From: Squalus acanthias
Lineage: Eukaryota
DNA: 64,000 bases
Direction: 5' to 3'
Assembly: GCA_030390025.1 (NCBI GenBank)
Contig: CM059431.1
Coordinates: forward strand, 130,698,001 to 130,762,000
Shown here one piece after another: positions 23,487-36,657 of the stretch. The translations under genes and the position numbers were made by a program. The notes beneath the pieces were generated by a model, which worked only from the letters and a program-made list of their open reading frames with translations, searched no databases and had not been told where the DNA came from. Every line of letters starts with the position of its first letter. The first letter of the stretch is position 1.

Positions 23487-26400
23487 TTTTATTCATTCAT
23501 GGGATGTGGGCATCGCTGGCAAGGCCAGCATTCATTGCCCATCCCTAATTGCCCTTGAGAAGGTGGTGGTGAGCTGCCTTCTTGAACTGCAGCAGTCCGT
23601 GTGGTGAAGGTACTCCCACAGTGCTGTTAGGGAGGGGGTTCCAGGATTTCGACCCAGCGATGATGAAGGAACGGCAATATATTTCCAAGTCAGGATGATG
23701 TGTAACTTGGAGGGGAATTTGCAGGTGGTGGTGTTCTCATGCACCTGCTGCCCTTGTCCGTTTAGGTGGAAGACGTCACGGGTTTGGGAGGTGCTGCCGA
23801 AGAAGCCTTGGCGAGTTGCTGCAGTGCATCTTGTAGATGGTACACACTGAAGCCACGGTACGTCGGTGGTGCAGGGAGTGTACGTTTAAAGTGGTAATGG
23901 GGTGCCAATCAAGCGGGCTGCTTTGTCCTGGATGGTGTTGAGCTTCTTGAGTGTTGTTGGAGCTGCACTCATCCAGGCAAGTGGAGAGTATTCCATCATA
24001 TCCTGACTTGTGCCTTGTAGATGGTGGAAAAGCTTTGGGGAGTCAGGAAGTGAGACACTTGCCGCAGAATACCCAGCCTTTAACCCAGTCTTGTTGCCAC
24101 AGTATTTATGTGGCTAGTCCAGTTAAGTTTCTGATCAATGGAGACCCCCAGGATGTTGATGGTGGGGGATTCAGCAATGGTAATGCCGTTGAATGTCAAG
24201 GGGCAGTGGTTAGACTCTCGCTTGTTGGAGATAGTCATTGCCTGACAATTGTGTGCCGGGAATGTTACTTGCCACTTTTCAGCCCAAGCCTGAATGTCGT
24301 CAAGGTCTTGCTGCATGCGGGCATAGACTGCTTCATTATCTGAGGAGTTGCGAATGGAACTGACACTGTAATCATCAGTGAATATCCCCACTGCTGACCT
24401 TATGATGGAGGGAAGGTCATTGTTGAAGCAGCTGAAGATGGTTGGGCCTAGGACACAGCCCTGAGGAACACCTGCAGCGATGTCCTGGGGCTGAGATGTT
24501 TGACCTCCAACAACCACAACCATCTTCCTTTGTTCTAGGTATGAGTCCAGCCAGTGGAGAGTTTTTTCCCTGATTCCCATTGAATTCAATTTTACTAGGG
24601 CTCCTTGATGCCACACTTGGTCAAATGCTGTCTTGATGTCAAGGGCAGTCACTCTCACCTCACCTCTGGAATTCAGCTCTTTTGTCCATGTTTGGACCAA
24701 GGCTGTAATGAGGTCTGGCGCCGAGTGGTCCTGGCAGAACCCAAACTGGGCATCAGTGAGCAGGTTATTGGTGAGTAAGTGCCACTTGATAGCACTGTTG
24801 ACAACACCTTCCATCACTTTACTGATGATTGAGAGTAGACTGATGGGGCGGTAATTGGCCGGACTGGATTTGTCCTGTTTTTTGTGGACGGGAATACCTG
24901 GGCAGTTTTTCACATTGTCGGGTAGATGCCAGTGTTATAGCTGTACTGGAACAGCTTGGCTAGAGGCGCAGCTAATTCTGGAGCACAAGTCTTCAGCACG
25001 ACAGCCAAGGATGTTGTCAGGGCCCTTAGCATTTGCTGTATCCAGTGCGCTCAGCCATTTCTTGATATCGCGTGGAGTTAATCGAATTGGCTGAAGACTG
25101 GATTCTGTGATGGTGGGGACCTCAGAAGGAGGCCGATATGGATCATCCATTCGGCACATCTGGCTGAAGATGGTTGCAAAGGCTTCAGCCTTGTCTTTTG
25201 CACTCACGTGCTAGGTCCTGCCATCATTGAGGATGGGGATATTCATGGAGCCTCCTCCTCCCATTAGTTGTTTAATTGTCCACCACCATTCACGACCGGA
25301 TGTGGCAGGACTTCAGTGTTTTGATCTGATCCATTGATTGTGGGATCGCTTAGCTCTGTCTATAGCATGCTGCTTCTGCTGTTTATCATGCATGTAGTCC
25401 TGTGTTGCAGCTTCCCCAGGTTGGCACCTCATTTTTAGGTACGCTTGGTGCTGCTCCTGACAAGCTCTTCTACACTCCTCAATGAACGAGGGTTGGTCCC
25501 CTGGCTTGATAGTAATGGTAGAGTATGGGATATGCCGGACGATGAGGTTACAGATTGTGGTGGAATACAATTCTGCTGCTGTTGATGGCCCACAGCGCCT
25601 CATGGATGCCCAGTTTTGAGCTGCTAGATCTGTTCTGAATCTATCCCATTTAGCACGGTGGTAGTGCCACACAACATGATGGTGGGTGTCCTCAGTGTGA
25701 AGACGGGACTTCATCTCCACAAGGACTGTGCAGTGGTCACTGCTACCAATGCTGTCATGGACAGATGCATCTGCGACAGGTAGATTGGTGAGGACGAGGT
25801 CAAGTAGGTTTTTCCCTCCTGTTGGTTCTCTCACCACCTGCTGCAGGTCCAGTCTGGCAGCTGTGTCCTTCAGGACTCAGCCAGCTCAGTCAGTAGTGCT
25901 GCTACCGAGCCACTCTTGGTAATGGACATTGAAGTCCCTCACCCAGAGTACATTCTATGCCCTTGCTACCCTCAGTGCTTCTTCCAAGTGGTGTTCAACA
26001 TGGAGGAGTACTGATTCATCAGCTGAGGGAGGGCGGTAAGTGGTAATCAGCAGGAGGTTTCTTTGCCCATGCTTGTCCTGAAGCCATGAGACTTCATGGT
26101 GTCTGGAGTCAATGTTGAGGACCCCAAGGGCCAATCCCTCCCGACTGTATACCACTGTGCCGCCACCTCTGGTGGGTCTGTCCTGCCGCTGGGACAGGAC
26201 ATACCCAGGGATGGTGATGGAGGAGTCTAAGGGCTGGATTTTGAATGACCCATGGAGTCGGGTTTGGAGGCGTGTGGGGGGTTAAACTTGCGGGGTCGGG
26301 GGTCCCGACCCCATCCCAACTCCATCCCGCCTCCACGCAATTTTGACAAAATCATTTGCAGGGTTCCCGACTCCGTCCCGCCTCCAAGAGGCGGGAGAGG

Positions 26401-27140
26401 CCATTAAAGCCCTTAACAAGCTCTAAATTGGCTCTGTAATGCCATTTTGAAAAAATTCACTCACTCACTCACTCACTCCCTCACTCCCTCACACTCTCAC
26501 ACACACATACATTTTGCATCCAGGTCCACTCACATCAAAAGCAAGCCAGGCAGGTCCTCTCTCACCAACAGTCTCTGAGACTAGGCAGTCAGCAATGATG
26601 ACATCATCAGAGGCGACTTTCAGACTGAAACCACTAATTAGTTCATGGGTTCCTACATGCTGGAACTCAATTACCCAATTAAGTGAAAATTGCATCATTC
26701 ATCCACATTAATCTGGAGTCGGGGGGGAAACACGAAATGCGGATGACACGACCCCAACCCGACCCCAAGACAAAATCCAGCCCTAGGACATTGCCTGAAA
26801 GGTATGATTCTGTGAGTATGACTATGTCAGGCTGTTGCTTGACTAGTCTGTGGGACAGCTCTCCCAATTTTGACAGAAGTCCCCAGATGTTAGTGAGGAG
26901 GACTTTGCACTGTCGACTGGGCTAGGTGTGCCATTGTCGTGTCCGAAGCTGGTGCCTAGGTCGATGTCGGGTGGTCCATCCAGTTTTCTTATTATTATTG
27001 TTTCTCGTAGTGGTTTGTTACAATTGAGTGGCTTGCTCGGCCATTTCAGAGGGCAGTTAAGAGTCAACCACATTGCTGTGGGTCTGGAGTCACATATAGG
27101 CCAGACCGGGTAAGGATGGCAGATTTTCTTCCCTAAAGGA
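23487..27140 (-). mobile_element. CR1/L2-group LINE with APE and RT domains, disrupted
   Basis: QQPDIVILTESYL, LLDLVLTN..SDH (APE); NYRPISLLSIISKVME, LDIKTAFD, GVPQGCVLGP, FTDD (RT); 3' end gatgcccacatcccatgaatgaataaaaaa. Confidence 0.9.
26231..26783. mobile_element. Harbinger-type MITE, family B
   Basis: TIR GGGCTGGATTTTG...CAAAATCCAGCCC; TSD TAA/TAG; inserted in the LINE endonuclease region; inverted homolog of 22923-23269. Confidence 0.9.
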
Positions 27141-27918
27141 ATTTTGTCTTCTCAGTATTTACTTTCAATCCATATTCCAAATGTTATGCTCTCGAATATC
27201 TCTTATATCCTTCTTGTATTGGCAACCAGTACTGCATCATCGGTTTACATTAGATTGCTTATTCATTTTCCATTAATTTTGAATGCAACTTCTTAATCAT
27301 CCAGATTATATCTAATAATAAATTCAGAGAATATGTTAAAAAGATTGGGTGACAAAACATGTCCTTGTTTTACTCCTCTTCAGATCTTTGTCTAATTTTT
27401 TAACTCATTATGAACTTGCAGTGCTGCTTATCGTTTCCAGTTAATATTCCTAATTAGTCTCCTGTCTTTCCCATCAATTCCAACTCTTTGGAAGATATCC
27501 ATTGTCGTTTACCCTGCTAAACATTTTATCAGAATGCATGAAACATAGCGGATAATTTTAACCTCACCTGCCCAGTGGAAAATTGATGGGATTGAGTTGG
27601 CCCCTGTTTTACACCCCGCCCAACTTTACTTTCTAGGGTAAATATCCTGCATGGTTGGGTGCCCTGAAATAGGCCATGAAATTTGATCCCCATAACACTA
27701 ATAAAAATCTCAGAAACAACGTGTAATAAAAATTGTATTTGACTTAGTCACCATAAATCACTGGCCCTCCTTAAATATTGGGGTAGAAATTGGACTATTG
27801 CGCCTGTTTTACACCTGTAAAATGGGCGCTATAGGTCCAATTTCAGGGACGAACATTCCACACTCAAAGGATGCCTGAAAATCTGACCTGATATTGGATC
27901 AAGCTATTTTTCAGACAT

Positions 27919-28330
27919 GATACGATAGCAAAATACTGCGGATGCTGGAAAATTGAAACAACAACAGAAAACGCTGGAAAAACTCAGCAGGCCAGGCAAC
28001 ATCCGTGGAGAGAGAAACAGAGTTGACGTTTCAGGTCGAAACCCTTCGTCAGAACTGAGAAAAAAGCAGGAAATGAAACAGATAAAAAAGCAAGAGGGAG
28101 GCTGGGGGGAGGAATAAAAGAACAAAAGGGGTGGTCTATGGTAAGTAGAGACATTAAGAGATGCTCAAGGCAAGACGAGATGGTAATAGGACAGGTTAAG
28201 AAACAAAAGGTGGCTCAGAAGTGTGAAGTGTGAAATGCTGGCAGAATGAGAGACAGCTGCTGTGGGGGGAGAGAGAGAAAAAAAAGGGAAAAGGCACAAA
28301 CCAAAAGGGTGGATAAAATGTATATATATA
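27919..28330 (-). mobile_element. Short Penelope-like retroelement insertion carrying a hammerhead motif
   Basis: Flanked by a 14-bp direct repeat TATTTTTCAGACAT (27905-27918, 28331-28344); homologous to 8958-10066. Confidence 0.7.
28021..28057 (-). ncRNA. Minimal type I hammerhead ribozyme motif
   Basis: Minus strand: cAGUU-CUGACGA-A-GGGU(UUCG)ACCU-GAAA-C-GUC-AACU, giving the core boxes, stem II with UUCG loop, 4-bp stem I and a GUC triplet. Confidence 0.65.
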
Positions 28331-30401
28331 TATTTTTCAGACATCCCTGGTGGCCACCTAAAACAAGTGTTAGGAACGTTACATATCTGAATGAGGGGCC
28401 TAACACTTGTTTTAGGCTCCCTCACCAAAATTCGATATTGCGGAGCTGAAGCTAGGCCCCCTCTGCTCGGGATTATTAAGTGGTCTCTGGGTGACTGCCA
28501 ACAAAAGGTAAGTGTTTATATATTTAAAAAAATCATTGTTGTGGTGCCAGGAGGAGCAGGAGTGCTCCCCCGACTCCACAATATACCAATCGCCTCACCC
28601 CCACTATTGCTACTCCACAGCCCCTCCCGCTCCCCCCCCGCCCCCCCGCCCCACCCCCGGCCTGAACTTAGCTTCAGACGACTGCTGGCGAGGCAAGTGG
28701 TCCAAAAATAATTTCTTCAACTGGTGAGCAGCCTGTGGAGGAGCGACAGGCACCAGCAGGTCACCCAGTTAATACTTATGAGGCCCAAGGCCCAATTCTG
28801 AGGCAGCCTCAGGCCTACTGTTTCAGGCACATGTTGCCGCCGCATCACCGCCTTCACGCCCAAAACAAAACTAGGGGCCAATGAATTTATACCCCATTGT
28901 GTGTGGTGTGGCTTAGCAACCCGTTCATTATGAAATGGAGTATACTCTGACTCACCATAAGCAATGTCACATTAAAAACAATGCTCTCGATCGTGAGGAT
29001 AAGGCAAAGAAATAAACATTTCAAACTTCTATTTTCCTTGTTCAATGTAATTTTGTTTTCCTTGATAGAGAGCTTTAACACAGTCACATTGTCCAAAAAA
29101 ACATTTTCAATTAAATATACCGTATTCTCATACCCAATTGGACCTTTCCAATAGCTACCCTTTTTTTTCTTTGTCTCCTTCTAGTGAGAACAGGCCAGTT
29201 TCATATCAAGCAGGTAGCACGGATAACAATGGTGTTCTGAGACCGGGGGGTAAGCAGACACAGATGCAGATCAGATTGGAAAGGAGTTGGACTGGAAGCC
29301 TTTTTCCCTCCAATATTCAACATTTTAAATTAAAATGTGGGAATCCCTATGGGATCATCTCATTTTCTATTATTTCATCTACAGTTTGTTACAGAACTGG
29401 ATATTTCAGTGAGATCATTCTTCCTCTCATCAAGTTATGGAAACCAGATGGAATTTGATTCTCCTAATTATTACAGAGCAAGTATATTACAGACCATGTT
29501 CTCTATATAGGGTTAGATTATATTGAAATATAAAAAAATGATTGCAACTCTTATTATAGGATTGTTGAAAAGTTATCTAGCTTGCTGTGTTAAATTGAGG
29601 GGCTATATTTTAATGAATTACAGTACAGTTTAATATTTTTTTTTCCTCAGTGAATGTCAGTTGCATATTATTAGGAGGTGCGTAGAATTCTAGGTGTTGA
29701 CTCATTTGTCTTTTATTGAGGACCTGGATTTGATTTCTGTTTTAACAGAATAGATCAGTCCTTCAGAAATATTCTTAAAGCCTCAGATGTTTCACTAATG
29801 ATTCATTCATTATGCAAATGTACGTAGACACTTGCATACAAATACCTGCTCAATTCTCACTTTTTTGACAAGTTCTCACAGATGTAAAATCAATGTTAAA
29901 TGTTACAGGAATTGGGTTGTGTTTAACAATGCATATTTGTAAATAATAAATTAGGTTAAGGTGGTAATGTGATAATGGATGCCTTGGCAGTCATTCATTA
30001 TTAATTATGTGAATACTGACAAATTATGTATTTGAAATCTTTAAAAATGTACAAGAGCACATTTACAAAGTAAATGAACTTATTTATGGCGTCAAAACAA
30101 ACTGTTATGAAGGGAAGCTCCTTAAATGTTAGCAATGTGACTACTAGACTACAAAGTTCAAAGAGAAAGCACTTCACAAATTAAGTTTTTAGACCTTGTT
30201 ATTCTACAATATTTGTACCATATCAAAACAACATAATGCTTCTGGAAAACCTGAAACCATCTTCACTGAAACCACATTGCATTAACAGCCTAACCTAAGA
30301 TGCGAGTCTTATAGAATCATAGAAGATAGGAGCAGGAGTAGGCCATTCGGCCCCTCTAGCCTGCTCCGCCATTCAATGCGATCATGGCTGATTATCCAAA
30401 T

Positions 30402-33200
30402 TCAGTACCCTGTCCCTGCTTTTTCCCCATATCCCTTGATCCCTTTAGCCTTAAGAAATATATCCAACTCCTTCTTGAATCTATTTACTGAATTGGCCTC
30501 TACTGCCTTCTGTGGCAGAGAATTCCACAGGTTCACCACTCTCTGGGTGAAGAAATTCCTCCTCATTTCTGTCCTAAATGGCTTACCCCTTATCCTTAGA
30601 CTGTGACCCCTGGTTCTGGACTCCCCAACCATCGGGAACATCCTTCCTGCATCTAGTTTGTCCTGTCCTGTCAGAATTTTATAAGTTTCAATGAGATCCC
30701 CTCTCATTCTTCTAAACTCCAGCGAGTATAAGCCCAATCAACACAATCTCTCTTCATACGTCATTCCTGCCAACCCAGGTATCAGCCTTGTGAATCTTCG
30801 CTGAACTCCTTCCATGGCAAGAACATCCTTCCTCAGATAAGGCGACCAAAACTGCACACAGTACTCAAGGTGTGGTCTCACCAAGGCCCTGTACAACTGC
30901 AGCAAGACACCCTTGTTCCTGTACTCAAACCCTTTCGCTATGAAGGCCAACATACCATTTGCCTTCTTAACCGCCTGCTGCACCTGCATGCTTACCTTCA
31001 GCAACTGGTGCACAAGGACACCCAGGTCTCGTTGCACTTCCCCTTCTCTCAATCTATTGCCATTCAGATAATAATCTGCCTTTCTGTTTTTGACACCAAA
31101 GTGGATAACCTCGCATTTATCCACGTTATATTGCATCTGCCACGCTTCTGCCCAATCACCCAACCTGTCCAAATCATCCTGGAGTTTCTCAGCATCCTCC
31201 TCGCAGCACACACGCCCACCCAGTTTTGTGTCGTCTGCAAACTTGGAGATATTACATCTAGTTCCCTTGTCTAGATCATTAATATATATTGTGAATAGCT
31301 GGGGTCCAAGGACCAATCCCTGCGGTACCCCACTAGTCACTGCCTGCCACTCGGAAAAAGACCCGTTTATTGCAACTCTTTGCTTTCTGTCTGCCAACCA
31401 GTTCTCTATCCAAGTCAATACCTTGCCCCCAATCCCATGTGCCTTAACTTTACACGCTAATTTCTTATGCGGGACCTTATCTAAAGCCTTTTGGAAGTCC
31501 AAATACACCACATCCACTGGTTCTCCCTTATCTATTTTACCAGTTACATCCTCAAAAAATTCCAGTAGATTAGTCAAGCATGATTTACCTTTTGTAAATC
31601 CATGTTGACTTTGTCCGATCCTGTCACTGTTTTTCAAGTGCTCAGCTATTACATCTTTTATAATGGACTCTAGCATTTTCCCCACTACCGATGTCAGGCT
31701 TACCGGTCTGTAATTCCCCGCTTTCTCTCTACCACCCTTTTTGAATAGTGGGGTAACATTAGCTACCCTCCAATCCATGGGTACTGTTCCAGATTCCATC
31801 GAATGTTGGAAGATGATCAGCAATGCATCTACTATTTCTAGGGCCACTTCCTTAAGTACCCTAGGATGTAGATGTAGATTATCAGGCCCTGGGGATTTAT
31901 CGGCCTTCAATTCCTTCAATTTCCCTAACACCATTTCCCTACAAATACTGATTTCTTTCAGTTCCTCCCTTTCATCAGACCCTATGTTCCCCAACATCTC
32001 TAGGAGGTTATTTGTGTCCTCCTTTGTGAAGACAGAACCAAAATATGTATTTAATTGGTCAGCCATTTCTTTGTTCCCCATTATAAGTTCCCCTGATTCT
32101 GACTGCAAGGGACCTATGCTTGATTTCACTAATCTTTTTCTCTTCACATATCTATAAAAGCTTTTACAGTCAGTTTTTATGTTCCCTGCAAGCTTACTCT
32201 CGTATTCTATTTTCCCCTTCTTAATTAATCCCTTTGTCCTCCTTTGTTGAATCTTCAGGGATACTGCTTTTTCTGGCGAATTTATATGCCCTCTCCTTGG
32301 ATCTGATGCTATCCCTAATTTCTCTTGTTAGCCACGGTTGAGTCACCCTTTTTGTTTTATTCTTATGCCAAACTGGGATGAACAAATTCTGCAGTTCGTC
32401 CATGCGGTCTTTGAATGTTTGCCATTGCCTATCCACCGTCAACCCTTTGAGTGACATTCCCAATCAATCCTACCCAACTCGCACCTCATACCATCGTAGT
32501 TTCCTTTATTTAAATTCAGGACCGTAGTCTCTGAGTCAACTACTTCACTCTCCATCCTAATGAAGAATTCTATCATATTATGATCGCTCCAACCTAAGGG
32601 GCCTCGCACAACAAGATTGCTAATTAATCTTTTCTCATTGCATAATACCCAATCTAAGATGGCCTGATCTCTGGTTGGTTCCTCGACGTATTGGTCCAGG
32701 AAACCATCCCGTAAACACTCCAGGAATTCTTCCTCCATAGTATTGTTACTAATTTGGTTAGCCCAATCTATATGTAGATTAAAGTCACCCATGATGACTG
32801 CTGTGCCCTTATTGCACGCTTCTCTAATTTCCCTTTTAATGCCATCCCCAACCTCCGCATTACTGTTTGGAGGTCTATATATCACTCCCACTAACGTTTT
32901 CTGCCCCTTGTTATTTCTCAGTTCAACCCATACAGATTCTACATCATCAGAGCTGATATCCTTCCTTTCAATTGTGTTAATCCCCTCTTAACCAGCAATG
33001 CTACCCCACCTCCCTTTCCTTTTTGCCTATCTTTCCTGAATATTGAGTACCCCTGGATATTAAGTTCCCAGCCTTGGCCACCCTGGAGCCATGTTTCGGT
33101 AATCCCAATCAAATCATATTCGTTTACCTCTATTTGCGCAGCTAATTCGTCCACCTTGTTCCGAATGCTCCTTGTATTAAGACACAAAGCCTTCAGGCTT
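30402..33200 (-). pseudogene. CR1 ORF2 (APE endonuclease plus reverse transcriptase), several frameshifts/stops
   Basis: CLNTRSIRNK, IGITETWL, MGDFN, SDHN (APE); NYRPVSLTS, YLDFQKALDKVPH, GVPQG, KFADD (RT); longest open piece 469 aa; in-frame stop at 30738-30740. Confidence 0.95.
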
Positions 33201-33373
33201 GTTTTTTTTAACGCTCTTAGACCTATTAGAATTAGTATTTACTGTGGCCATGTTTGATTTAAACCGTTGTTTTCTCTGACTGCAACTTTTGTTTTTCTTC
33301 TTCCTATCTTTTGCTTTTATCCTTGTTTCCCTTTCCTCTGTCTCCCTGCTCAGGTTCCCAATCCCCTGCCATT

Positions 33374-34325
33374 TTAGTTTAAACCCTCCCCCAGAGCACT
33401 AGCAAACACTCCCCCTAGGACATCGGTCCCGGCCCTGCCCAGGTGTAGACCGTCCGGTTTGTACTGGTCCCACCTCCCCCAGAACCGGTTCCAATGCACC
33501 AGGAATTTGAATCCCTCTCCCTTGCACCATTCCTCTAGCCACGTATTCATTTGAAATATCCTTCTATTTCTACTCTGACTAGCACGTGGCACTGGTAGCA
33601 ATCCTGAGATTACCACCTTTTGAGGTCCTTTTTTAAAATTTACCTCCTAACTCCCTATATTCTGCTTTTAGGACCTCATCCCGTTTTTTACCTATATCGT
33701 TGGTACCTATATGCACCACAACAACTGGCTGTTCACCCTCCCCTTCCAAAATGCTCTGTAGCCGCTCTGAGACATCCTTGACCCTTGCACCAGGGAGGCA
33801 ACATACCATCCTGGAGTCTCGTTTGCTGCCGCAGAAACGCCTATCTATTCCCCTTACAATAGAATACCCTATCACGAAAGCTCTCCCACTCTTTTTCCTC
33901 CCATCCTGTGCAGCAGAACCACCTATGGTGCTAGGAAGTTGACTGCTGCTGTCTTCCCCTGATAAGCCATCTCCCTCAACAATATCCAAAGCGGTATATC
34001 TGTTTGAGAGGGGGATGGCCACAGGGGACCCCTGCACTACCTGCCTGTGCCTATTACTCTGCCTGGTGGGCACCCATTCCCTTCCTGCCTGTACACCCTT
34101 TACCTGCGGTGTGACCAACTCCCTAAACGTGCTATCCACGATGTCCTCAGCATCGCGAATGCTCCAGTATGCATCCATCCACAGCTCCAGCGCCGCAATG
34201 CGGTCTGTCAGTAGCTGCAGCTGGATACACCTCCCGCACACATGGTTGTCAGGGACACAGGAAGTGTCGCTGATTTCCCACATAGCGCAGGAAGAGCATG
34301 TCACAGCACCGAGCTGTCCTGCCAT
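33374..34325 (-). pseudogene. CR1 ORF1 (N-terminal Cys cluster plus SGNH esterase-like domain), one frameshift near 33630
   Basis: CSSCAMW..HVCGRC; VIGYSIVRG (GDS block mutated), HIGTND, DGLHL. Confidence 0.9.
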
Positions 34326-34587
34326 GACTTACCCTTTAATTAATTAATTAATTTAAATTAAATTCAAATTAAATGGATCTCACCAATTACACTGGAATTA
34401 AGTGATATACTCAAGGGCCCTTACTTAACAGTAGTCCCCGCTACACAAAGAGACCGTAGAAGCCACAAAATTTAAGTTTAGAAAAATTGAGAAAGAAAAC
34501 ACCCACCAACCAAACACTTACCTGCTTTTTGGTGACGTCACACTACGAATATTTTTTGCTTCCCTCTCCCGGAACCTGGATTTGTAA

Positions 34588-34732
34588 GCCGCCTCGGGGC
34601 TCACCTTAAGTACCGCCGCTCGCCGCCTCTGTTCCCTCGCAGGTCCGCCGCCTCTGCCACCTCGCCGCTTTAGGCCTCGCTGCCGCCTCGGGGCTCACCT
34701 TAAGTACCGCCGCTCGCTGCCTCTGTTCCCTC
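34588..34732. repeat. About 51-bp direct repeat (2 copies) in the CR1 5' UTR
   Basis: gccgcctcggggctcaccttaagtaccgccgctcgYcgcctctgttccctc-like unit at 34588-34638 and 34682-34732. Confidence 0.85.
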
Positions 34733-35091
34733 TTGTGATGAAGTAATGTTTTGTAAGCTCCATTTTAACAGCTAGAGCCAGAGTACTCTATAGGGGAAAT
34801 TTTCAGAGACTCCACTCTCAGTGCAGACTCTCTCCTGACGTAAGAACAGATTGGAAATGTGGGCATATGATTTTCCAGCCATTAGTACTACTAACTGGAA
34901 AATCGAGAGTAGCGTGTATTACGCATTCCAATCTCCATGCCTGATTCTCCACCCACCCTCCCATTGAACAAGTCTCCACACCAAGAGCAAAGATTCATCC
35001 CCATTTTCCAAAAGCAGCTTATAATCTAAAAACATCCTGACACACAATTAAATTACTGCTTATACCATTCAGTCAACATTTGTCTGATTAT

Positions 35092-35833
35092 GGCCCCAAT
35101 TTTAACCGCCCCCACCTCCCCACCGCCCAGCAGGAATGGTGTGTGGGAGCGATTAAAATGTAAAAATTCTGTCTCACGCTCCAGCCTGCCACTTTCCCGG
35201 CAATTTAAATCTTTACTAGCCCAAATCAGGCAATCGATGAGGCTCCCACAAAAAAGCAGGGGGGGGCCTCGTTACATTGAAAAGTCAAGGCCCAATAACA
35301 TAATTGACGCCGCGAAGTAGAATTAACTGAACGTTAGAGGGAGTCCCGCGCTGTCGGCTGCCCAGCAGCAGATCCAAGGCGGGAGACGTGGATTGGCCAA
35401 GGTAAGTATTAAAGATCTGCTCCTTTTAGAACGCTTTGTGGGCCAGGAGGAGCTGGAGTACTCCCCCAGGATCCTTAAGGAGTCATTGGGCCTCCCCAGC
35501 CCTGGCCTCCCCCCAATCTCGCCGGAAACCCCAATCCTTGATCTCCTGCAAAGTGCACCATTCACTCACTGCCGGACCGTCCCCACGGTCCCCTCCACCC
35601 GTCGTCCCCCACCCCAGTCCTCATGGTTCCCTGGCTGTGGCCTCCTGCCACTAAATTCCTACTTCCTCCTGCCGGCCAGTCGTTCAATCTGGCCGGGAGT
35701 CAACGAAGAGGTGTTTAAATTATACCCTGCTGTTAAAATCAGCAGGGCCTCCACGTTCCCGGCCTTGCTGGGGTTTGTTGTATACTACTAGGTACCCCAG
35801 CATCCTTCCCAGCCTCCCGTTAATATCGAGGCC
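35092..35833. mobile_element. Harbinger-type MITE
   Basis: TIR GGCCCCAATTTTAAC...GTTAATATCGAGGCC; TSD not conserved. Confidence 0.65.
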
Positions 35834-35914
35834 CTTGTGTCAGGAAATCATTTATAATTCCCTTATACAATGGGAACTTTAGCTTCCTCCACTACAGTGC
35901 ATGTGCAAGCATGT

Positions 35915-36127
35915 AGGCCCTAAGCTCTGAAATTCCTTCCCCAAAGCTCTCTGCCTTTAACCACGGTCTCCTCCTTAAAACCTACCTCTTTGACCAAGCT
36001 TTTGGTCACCCGTCCTAAGGTTTCCTTATGTGGCTCGATGTCAGATTTTGTTTGATAACTCCTGTGAAGTGCCTTGGGACGTTTTACTACGTTAAAGGTG
36101 CTATATAAATGCAAGTTGTTGTTGTTG
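35915..36127 (+). mobile_element. L2 3' tail
   Basis: Reverse-complement match to 11067-11300; ends gcaagttgttgttgttg. Confidence 0.85.
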
Positions 36128-36554
36128 TATATGATTTACAATACAGTGTGCACTGCCCATCCATCACAGTGGATACAATCATTTTGAAAAAATTGGAGCT
36201 CCCAGTGTTAGCTGCCATCACAATTGAGGCGACATTATTCATGGTGCATCAGGAATTTTAATTTTCCCTTCTTTCTTTGCTTTTCTTCATATGCTTATCA
36301 AGGTGAAGGATATGAGGAGTGGGGCTAGCACTGACAGTTGAGCTGTAACAATGGCATTATTGGGATAATTTCACAAAATTGTGCTTCTGATGAGGATTCT
36401 CACTTGCCAGGATCACAATTTGTATGCATGCTTCCTAAAATTTTCTGTCCAAATGGTGTGCGCTCCCAGTGGATGAGGTCAGCAGATCAGCTATAGAAAG
36501 GTATCTAGAGGTGCAGGCAGTCACCAGAATAGCTAACAACCATACTAAAGAAAA

Positions 36555-36657
36555 ATTGAAATAAAAACAGAAAATGCTGGAGATACTCAGCAGGTCAGGC
36601 AGCATCTGTGAAGAGAGAAACGGAGTTAACGTTTCAGGTCGAGACCTTTCGTCAGAA
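36555..36657 (-). mobile_element. Penelope-like terminal fragment with hammerhead-like motif (36624-36657)
   Basis: Minus strand: UU-CUGACGA-A-AGGUC(UC)GACCU-GAAA-C-GUU-AACU followed by the shared tail. Confidence 0.6.

Larger units (their letters stand above)
22600..27540 (-). mobile_element. Old RTE-clade LINE in pieces (about 22600-22922, 23273-23485, 27140-27540)
   Basis: AFALWYCRHILKISWTRMTNENVL (RTE C-terminus); RGVKQGHVLSPNLFNIF and a decayed xxDD motif at 27230-27385. Confidence 0.65.
27780..28895. mobile_element. Harbinger-type MITE interrupted by a Penelope-like insertion
   Basis: TIR GGGGTAGAAATT...AATTTATACCCC; TSD ATT (27777-27779, 28896-28898). Confidence 0.75.
30311..34732 (-). 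mobile_element. Near full-length CR1 LINE
   Basis: GC-rich 5' UTR with repeat, ORF1, ORF2 and 3' tail ending in ctatgattctat. Confidence 0.95.

Noticed and set aside
31090..31608. Antisense ORFs over CR1 (also 30870, 31741, 16407, 24633)
   Set aside because: Shadow frames opposite LINE ORF2; no independent support
30738..32147. 469-aa ORF as a functional gene
   Set aside because: It is the RT part of CR1 ORF2, bounded by a disruption upstream and an in-frame stop; the element is a pseudogene
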